DNA from: a virus | Taxonomy: Duplodnaviria > Caudoviricetes | Reading direction: 5' to 3' (one strand) | DNA: 31,081 nt | IMG/VR virus record: IMGVR_UViG_3300005941_000022 | Coordinates: 1-31,081 of that record | Shown: positions 25,188-31,081 of the stretch, piece by piece | Layout of the letters: each line of letters opens with the position of its first letter | Numbering within the stretch: position 1 is the stretch's first letter | Notes under the pieces: model-generated | What the model was told of the DNA's origin: nothing | Databases searched by the model: none | What the model saw: the letters and a program-made list of their open reading frames with translations, nothing else | Translations under genes and position numbers: made by a program

Positions 25188-27016
25188 TATAATGCTCTTC
25201 TATTTGCTGACTGTATTTGTGTATATACTGATCTTGGGATAGGCTTACTAAAGTTAATAGAAAGTGCAGCCAATTCACCGATTCTAGCAGAGTCATTTAC
25301 TGTAGCACCGTCTCTATCTGCCCATCCACCTCTAAACATAGCAACTTCTTCTTTACTCAAGACGATATCACCAAACTCATCAAGACCTGTAACATTCTGT
25401 CTTACTTCAGCTGGAATACCTTGAGTCTTATCAAATGTAACAGTGCTAGAAGTAACAGTCTTCTTAAAGAACATCATTCTATTTTTACCGTTACCAACAT
25501 CTTCAAGTACTGGAGTTTGTGGTGTAATAGTAGTTTGTGTAACCGTATACGTTCCAGTTCTCATGGCATCTTCTTCCGCCTTAGATAGAAACTGTACGTT
25601 TACAGAATCAATACCATCAATACCTTCTAGTAGTGCAACGATGTCTGACTTAGGAAGTCTATCACGTCTTGTAATAGAAAGGATATATTGTGAAATCTTG
25701 CTTCTTACAACACTCATAAGTTTAACTTCATCAAAGCCTTCAAAGTGTCTGATCCAAACATTCATTGCATACATCTTAGCCTTTGGATTCACAAACGAAA
25801 TCTCAGTAGTTACCATCTGCTGGCCTGAAAGTTCAATAGCCTCTCTAATACCTTCTAGTTCAGACTCCATAAAGAAGAACTCTTCTTTAGGCATAGAGAA
25901 ATAGTCATGTCCTGTTCTTAGCTTAGACTTAACGTCTGGTAACAAGAATAGGTACATAACGTTGTCATCGTCTAAGTATTGATCATCAGTCAGGTTGTAT
26001 GCATCGATGTAAGAGAACATGTTATAACGCGCCAGGAAGTGCTCGTAGTTCTCTGGTGTAGCCAACACAAATGACTTTGAGTTTAGAGGTGCAATAAGCT
26101 TTGTAAATTCAATTGACTCAGGGTCAGCACCCATCTTAGGAGCTGAAGTTACTCTAACCTCGATAAGGTTGTTTAAGTTATATTCATTACCGATACTATC
26201 AAAGCCGGCTGTTTCAAATTCAAATGTGATATCAGGAGCATCTCCTAGGTTACCTGCAGAACCGCCTGTTTTAATATATTCAACTAGGATGAATGCACCT
26301 AGATTAGGCATCATACCGAAGTTACCATTACCAAAGAAAAGATCAATACCACCAGTAACACCAGTTCTAATAACAACACCTCTAGTCGTTGCGTTCATAT
26401 CGTAAAGGCTATTGTATACAGTCCATTGTTCACCATTTACTGAAACATATACCTTGTCATGTGCTGTAGCACCGCCAGTCTGAACATTAAAGGTTTGGAA
26501 CGGTTCACCAGTACCAGTAAGAGATTGTCTCTGTACCTCACCTTGAATAATAGGTATTCTAATAAAGTTTCTTTCAGACTTAAGTAGTGGAATAATATCA
26601 TCAGAAGATCTTAGTAGATACTTTAAGCCATTGTTCTGTGATTTAATAACAGTGTTGCTAGAGATGTATAGAGTTTCACCTGCAATAGTGTCTTGTTGGC
26701 CTGGCTGCCATGCGATTTCAATTTCGCCCATAGCAGAGAAACCTCTAGTTGCATTGTGACCTGTAAGAGCGGCTAGGCCATAGATTGATTCAGGTTGTTG
26801 AGCTGTTAAAATATTCTGCTCAACAGTAGCGTCTTCAACATAGTACATGATCATCTCAGTAAGCTCTGAAGCCACCTTGACCATTTGCGCAAATGGAGAA
26901 GCTGAAGTAAATAGATTATTGGCACGACCATAAACCCTGCTCAAATACGATTTAGTATCCTCCTGAATTTGGGTAGCCTTGACTCTTGCGGCACTAAGAA
27001 AGTTAAAATCAGCCAT
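25187..27016 (-). CDS. Baseplate wedge subunit (T4 gp6 / baseplate J-like)
   Basis: AQQPESIYGLA..GH, LFFGNGNFGMMP, VEYIKTGGSAGN, GADPESIE...AP, ATPENYE; follows the gp25-like gene. Confidence 0.85.
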   Translation of the reverse strand: MADFNFLSAARVKATQIQEDTKSYLSRVYGRANNLFTSASPFAQMVKVASELTEMIMYYVEDATVEQNILTAQQPESIYGLAALTGHNATRGFSAMGEIEIAWQPGQQDTIAGETLYISSNTVIKSQNNGLKYLLRSSDDIIPLLKSERNFIRIPIIQGEVQRQSLTGTGEPFQTFNVQTGGATAHDKVYVSVNGEQWTVYNSLYDMNATTRGVVIRTGVTGGIDLFFGNGNFGMMPNLGAFILVEYIKTGGSAGNLGDAPDITFEFETAGFDSIGNEYNLNNLIEVRVTSAPKMGADPESIEFTKLIAPLNSKSFVLATPENYEHFLARYNMFSYIDAYNLTDDQYLDDDNVMYLFLLPDVKSKLRTGHDYFSMPKEEFFFMESELEGIREAIELSGQQMVTTEISFVNPKAKMYAMNVWIRHFEGFDEVKLMSVVRSKISQYILSITRRDRLPKSDIVALLEGIDGIDSVNVQFLSKAEEDAMRTGTYTVTQTTITPQTPVLEDVGNGKNRMMFFKKTVTSSTVTFDKTQGIPAEVRQNVTGLDEFGDIVLSKEEVAMFRGGWADRDGATVNDSARIGELAALSINFSKPIPRSVYTQIQSANRRAL

Positions 27017-27028
27017 TGATAGGGTTTA

Positions 27029-27385
27029 TTAATTTATGTAGACACCGACTTGATACTTAGAATCAACTACAATGTCAATTTGCGCAATGTCACGTACAGT
27101 CCCTTTAAAGAAAGATACAGACACTTGCGTGTTATATTTTTGTGCTAACGGTGAGAACATTTCAATTTGCTCTTCAATGAGTCCTCGAATCTGCCCTTCG
27201 TTATAGTTTAATGTGTACACAAGGTCTTCTAGATTAGCTCCTAGTAATGGTTCACCCATAACATCACCCCTCTTTGTGAAAAGAATGGTTTCGAGTTGTG
27301 TAAGAACCATTGAAATCTCACTCTCAGAGTGGATTTTATATGGATCAAAGTTAGGATCACCGTAAGCTCTAATATAGAATTCCAT
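27029..27385 (-). CDS. Baseplate wedge/sheath initiator (T4 gp25-like)
   Basis: QLETILFTKRGDVMGEPLLGANLEDLVY; 118 aa. Confidence 0.85.
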   Translation of the reverse strand: MEFYIRAYGDPNFDPYKIHSESEISMVLTQLETILFTKRGDVMGEPLLGANLEDLVYTLNYNEGQIRGLIEEQIEMFSPLAQKYNTQVSVSFFKGTVRDIAQIDIVVDSKYQVGVYIN

Positions 27386-27394
27386 TGCTAAGTT

Positions 27395-27402
27395 TATATA
27401 TC
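27395..27402 (-). promoter_or_regulatory. GATATATA putative late promoter
   Basis: In the 20-nt spacer, 9 nt upstream of the gp25-like ATG. Confidence 0.65.
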
Positions 27403-27405
27403 AGT

Positions 27406-28242
27406 TTAAGAATGGAACATCCAATCTGTACCTTCGTCTGTTTTGATCTCTTCGATTACCTTATCAAGTTCTTCCTGTCCCATAGACTGGATAACATCAG
27501 CATTGATAGTAATGTTACCAGGTAGATTGTAGCCAAAGATAGCTAGCTTCTGACCAAGAGAAACCTTTACCTTCGCAGCAACATATCTAAAGAAGATCTC
27601 GTCACCGAACAGAGCACAATCAGGAATAGTCTCATAGATCTCAAGAATAACAGGCTTGTTTGGTGTTTGACCTGTGAACTTAAGTTCATGAGTCTGTTGT
27701 GAGTAGTGGAACGATAGTGGATTTTCTAAGATCTGGCGCGCCATGTCAAAGAATGATTCGTTGATCACATAGTATTGTAGGTTCTCAGCACCTTCAACAA
27801 CAGATGAACCGCCTGAATATAAAGAACCAAATAGGGCTCTTTGAATATCAAAGTCACCTGTTGTAAATGTAATAGAAGAACCAGCACCATATCTAGATCC
27901 AACCATAGCAACAGCGTAGATAGAATAGACTTCGTTACCTCCAGTCGCTGGGTTTTCACCAGGCATAGTTAGGGCCCTACGATTTTTAAAGTGCTCAGAC
28001 TGGAATGCCTCTAAAGGAATATACAAGAAGTTCTCAGTCATTGAGTACTCATAGTTCTTGTAGAACCACTTCTTTGCTCTTTTAATAATATTGTATACCT
28101 CGGCTCTAGGCAGATTCATAGGAATCATACAAGAACCTGTTACCTCACTTGCAATCTCATCGATGAAATCATTCAAGCAGTTTGGATCATACGATGGTGG
28201 TGTTGTTAAATCACCTAAGTTACCTTCGAAAATATCTCCCAT
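27406..28242 (-). CDS. Neck / head completion protein (T4 gp13-like)
   Basis: C-terminal FFRYVAAKVKVSLGQKLAIFGYNLPGNITINADVIQSMGQEELDKVIEEI matches the gp13 'Y..A..K...GQ.L.....LPG.V.++' pattern. Confidence 0.78.
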   Translation of the reverse strand: MGDIFEGNLGDLTTPPSYDPNCLNDFIDEIASEVTGSCMIPMNLPRAEVYNIIKRAKKWFYKNYEYSMTENFLYIPLEAFQSEHFKNRRALTMPGENPATGGNEVYSIYAVAMVGSRYGAGSSITFTTGDFDIQRALFGSLYSGGSSVVEGAENLQYYVINESFFDMARQILENPLSFHYSQQTHELKFTGQTPNKPVILEIYETIPDCALFGDEIFFRYVAAKVKVSLGQKLAIFGYNLPGNITINADVIQSMGQEELDKVIEEIKTDEGTDWMFHS

Positions 28243-28247
28243 TTTCT

Positions 28248-29552
28248 TTAGTCTATTTTTGTAGAGTTCACAATTTCAGTTCCGTCGAATTGTGCATGTT
28301 TTTCGCTGTATCCACCCTCTCTGAAGATACCCGCTTTCATTTTACCTTTAAAAATACTGTCAACGCCAAATACATAACAGTCTTCTAGGGTACAACTTGC
28401 ATGCGTATAACATGATTGTACCTTAGAACCTTTAATAGATGTTGATTGAAATAGATTACAGCTTTGTAGATCAGCACCTTCAATTTTGCAACGATATAAA
28501 TCACTTCTTTTTATTTCGCCTCTAATCTCACAATCAACAAATTCATAACCAGATAAGTTATGTGCTGCCATTAGTTTACCGTCTTTAACCTGAACCTTAG
28601 ATCTATCGGTATCATAGTTGATATGACCCTCGATTAGACCGCCTTCAGTAATAAGCTTAATGACTTGCTCCTTGATCTGATCCCAATACATATCTATCGT
28701 TTCACCACGATTACCACCATCAGGACTTAAATCAAGTGTAAACTTAATATTCTGAAAGTTCTTAAAGTTTCTGTGGTCCTTGTATAGATCATATGTTGGT
28801 TTTAACTTGTTCATGATCCTACGTAGTTCAAGTCTGTTCAACTCATTCAAATCTGGATTAACACACGCATTCCAAAGCTGAATCAAGAACAGGTCCAATA
28901 AATGTAGGATTGTTGTAGTCTTCTTCTCGTAGTCTTTACCACCTAGATATCTAAACTCTAGATAGCCATCATTTTGCTTTAAGAAGTTAACACCATAATA
29001 CTTAGTATCTGGATATTTAAACTGCTGTTTTGAGATGTGGTTTTCATCAAAGTTAAACAACTCGTTTTTAGGTAGAATATACTTAATAGACTTTGCGTAA
29101 ACGAGGTCCCTTCTTTCAGGGAAGAACTTATAAACCTGATCCTCTTTAAAGTCAAGAATAAACTTAAGAGTATTCATATGTGTGATGAAATTTGCACCCA
29201 CCTGCTTCTTATCAAAAGAAACATTCAAGTGGATACCTGCTCTATCTGTAGTGTATCCATTTTCCTGAATCCACGCTAGAGTCTTGATAATAATCAATCT
29301 TGCATCAGTATATGCAAGTGCGCCGGTCACCATTTCCATGAGACCGGCACCACCTGACATATCGGGTTCTATCTTAAACTCTCTATCGGAAGGTTTGAAG
29401 TCCGAGTGTGCTTTTTCTTCGACTCTGACCTTTCGGTTCAGTACCTTTCCAAGCATTTCAGCAGTCTGTTCAACCGAATGGTTTGAATAAAATTCAAACT
29501 CAATTCCGCAAAAAGCTTTTAATAGAATATCTTTGTTCGCTTCGTTTAGCAT
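28248..29552 (-). CDS. Putative amidoligase (Amidoligase_2 / COOH-NH2 ligase-like) with a C-terminal beta-solenoid
   Basis: GIEFEF, EPDMS, EMVTG, AGIHLNVS, KYYGVN, LEFRY motifs. Confidence 0.78.
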   Translation of the reverse strand: MLNEANKDILLKAFCGIEFEFYSNHSVEQTAEMLGKVLNRKVRVEEKAHSDFKPSDREFKIEPDMSGGAGLMEMVTGALAYTDARLIIIKTLAWIQENGYTTDRAGIHLNVSFDKKQVGANFITHMNTLKFILDFKEDQVYKFFPERRDLVYAKSIKYILPKNELFNFDENHISKQQFKYPDTKYYGVNFLKQNDGYLEFRYLGGKDYEKKTTTILHLLDLFLIQLWNACVNPDLNELNRLELRRIMNKLKPTYDLYKDHRNFKNFQNIKFTLDLSPDGGNRGETIDMYWDQIKEQVIKLITEGGLIEGHINYDTDRSKVQVKDGKLMAAHNLSGYEFVDCEIRGEIKRSDLYRCKIEGADLQSCNLFQSTSIKGSKVQSCYTHASCTLEDCYVFGVDSIFKGKMKAGIFREGGYSEKHAQFDGTEIVNSTKID

Positions 29553-29581
29553 GGATATATTGGAATCTTACTATTTAAGAT

Positions 29582-29589
29582 TATATATC
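29582..29589 (-). promoter_or_regulatory. GATATATA putative late promoter
   Basis: Intergenic, 29 nt upstream of the amidoligase ATG. Confidence 0.65.
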
Positions 29590-29613
29590 CGCCTCAGAAA
29601 GCGTATTAAGTTA

Positions 29614-30957
29614 TTACATAATGACCTTCAAGAATACTCTCTTAGTGTCTAGATCAACCTTAGTAACTTCTACTTTGATCTGTTCACCCTTAGTAAACGT
29701 ATCCTTTAGGGATGTTCCTTCTGGGAACTCTGAGATATGCGCCATACCAACTACAGAACCATGTACTGAGATGAATACACCATAATCCTTAATAGATCTA
29801 ATAACAGCATTTTCAACAATCATAGGTACCTTCAAAGTCTTTGAGAACTCTTCCCATGAAGTGTCTTCCTTAACCTCTGCAACTTCTTTTTGTGTTAGGA
29901 TAATCTTCTCATTTGATACGATCTCCTTGATCTTGAACTTAACCTCTTCACCTGGTTGGATGCTTTGAGATCTGTGTCTTTCAGCAAGGTCTTGATCTAG
30001 GTCATTAACGTGAATCATACCTGTTAGGCAAGTATTAAACTCAACGAAGACACCATACTTAGCAGAACCTGTAACACTACCAGTATACTCGTGTGTCATA
30101 TTGTTCTTCACCTCTTCGATTTGGTGTGGGATCATAGCCTGTAGATACTTTCTGTGTGATACGACAATAGTACCTTTTTGTGCAGAGAAAGAATCTGGAA
30201 CAACATACATCTTTGTGCCAATGATAGACTCAAAGTCATGTAGCTTGTTAATACCTGCCAAAGAACCTGGCATGAAACAATTAATACCTTGTACGCTGAC
30301 AATGTAACCACCGCCTGGAATCATCTCCTTAACAGTACCCATGTAAGCAGTACCACCTTCATCTGCTGCAACTCTTAGTTCAGCAAACACACGCTGCTTA
30401 GTTCCTTCAGAGATAGACGCAGTTGCGTATTCTTTCGATTCTGTCTTATCGCTAAGGATCTTAATTGAAACTTCGTCACCTGGCTTGATATCTTCAATAA
30501 CATCACGATCTTCTTTAGCTAGATCAATGTAAAGCATCTCACGATAACCGATATCAACAGTAGCCCATTTCTCACTCATAGAGTGGATACGACCAGTCTC
30601 AATACGACCTACACCAAGTTCAGAAATAGTTTCTTCAAACTGTACTGTTGAGATCATGTTGTAAAAGTCCTGTGCATATGGCTCGTGGCAATACACGATA
30701 TCCTTATGACTTCCAGTCTTAATACGATCGTTACGTCTTAGTTTGGTGTTGTGATGAAATTCATAACGATCCCAATCGAATTCGCCATTAGGCAATAGGA
30801 ATGTTTCTTCATCTGACGCATCATCTGAAAGATCTAATACGTCTACTTCAAGTGATGTTTCTTCTTGAAGCTTAACAGGAGCCTGTTCTTTCTTAGAGAG
30901 CCTCTGTCTTTTTGGTTGGCCGTTGCTATTTGCACCAGCCTCTTTTTTTGAGTTCAT
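29614..30957 (-). CDS. rpsA: Phage-encoded ribosomal protein S1 (bS1) homolog with four S1 domains
   Basis: ATVDIGY...PGDEV (D1); GYIVSVQGINCFMPGS...IVVSHR (D2); GSVTGSAKYGVFVEF...GMIHVNDL (D3); SIKDYGVFISV...GMAHISEF...KVDLDTKRVFL (D4). Confidence 0.88.
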   Translation of the reverse strand: MNSKKEAGANSNGQPKRQRLSKKEQAPVKLQEETSLEVDVLDLSDDASDEETFLLPNGEFDWDRYEFHHNTKLRRNDRIKTGSHKDIVYCHEPYAQDFYNMISTVQFEETISELGVGRIETGRIHSMSEKWATVDIGYREMLYIDLAKEDRDVIEDIKPGDEVSIKILSDKTESKEYATASISEGTKQRVFAELRVAADEGGTAYMGTVKEMIPGGGYIVSVQGINCFMPGSLAGINKLHDFESIIGTKMYVVPDSFSAQKGTIVVSHRKYLQAMIPHQIEEVKNNMTHEYTGSVTGSAKYGVFVEFNTCLTGMIHVNDLDQDLAERHRSQSIQPGEEVKFKIKEIVSNEKIILTQKEVAEVKEDTSWEEFSKTLKVPMIVENAVIRSIKDYGVFISVHGSVVGMAHISEFPEGTSLKDTFTKGEQIKVEVTKVDLDTKRVFLKVIM

Positions 30958-31014
30958 TTTATTTAATTTAGAGTGAATGAATACTTAATATATAACTCGC
31001 TTCTTTTTAGTGTA

Positions 31015-31080
31015 TTATTTGTTGTTAATCTTAAAACCTAGCTGTTTACCATACTCAAGAATCTGTAAAGTAGTATCTTC
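31015..31080 (-). CDS. 3' end of an upstream gene (partial)
   Basis: Open frame ...EDTTLQILEYGKQLGFKINNK* ending at TAA 31017-31015; too short to be certain of the frame. Confidence 0.4.
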   Translation of the reverse strand, partial: EDTTLQILEYGKQLGFKINNK

Positions 31081-31081
31081 C

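Noticed and set aside
1204-30307. Short plus-strand ORFs and out-of-frame minus-strand ORFs in the track (e.g. 1204..1449, 3802..4131, 5331..5594, 10634..10915, 25443..25904)
   Set aside because: All lie inside longer, well-supported minus-strand genes and show no recognisable motifs; they are typical shadow ORFs.
1503-30957. Stop-codon reassignment (TAG or TGA recoding as in some large phages)
   Set aside because: The 23 complete genes are intact and tightly packed under code 11 (19 TAA, 4 TGA, 0 TAG stops). Absence of TAG stops alone is unremarkable in AT-rich DNA, and no gene appears split at TAG.
29614-30957. rpsA as a sign of bacterial chromosome or a prophage boundary
   Set aside because: It has the same strand, composition and packing as the phage genes, only four divergent S1 domains, and no cellular neighbours within the window.
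1-31081. CRISPR array, tRNA/rRNA genes, IS elements, introns or inteins
   Set aside because: No spaced repeat array, cloverleaf, transposase or homing endonuclease motif was seen. Intergenic gaps are under about 130 nt, and the helicase and primase are of normal length.

Overview
This window is an all-minus-strand segment of a large T4-like (contractile-tailed, probably jumbo) phage genome. A Bacteroidota host is likely, because gene starts have A-rich leaders with no Shine-Dalgarno sequence and the phage S1 carries an 'FDWDRYE' motif resembling Bacteroidota S1. In the direction of transcription (right to left) it holds: a 4-domain ribosomal protein S1; an amidoligase-family enzyme; a gp13-like neck protein; gp25-, gp6- and gp7-like baseplate proteins; several large putative virion proteins; a collagen/tail-collar fibre; a spanin-like membrane protein; a gp3-like tail terminator; a small prepro-peptide; a RuvC-like resolvase; gp32 SSB; gp61 primase; UvsY; UvsW; and an ORF of at least 486 codons, missed by the ORF track, that runs off the left edge. 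The most notable signals are: (1) a candidate capsid-cargo system, in which a modular polyprotein with repeated NES/xxE-(A/G) linkers and an acidic-propeptide plus cationic glycine-zipper peptide both sit behind the same motif and look like prohead-protease substrates; (2) a strand-specific GATATATA candidate late promoter at gene junctions; (3) a phage S1 next to SD-less late genes; (4) a sharp Arg/Leu codon switch between gp32 and late genes; (5) a regulatory cluster upstream of gp32. All family assignments come from motif recognition by eye, not database searches.
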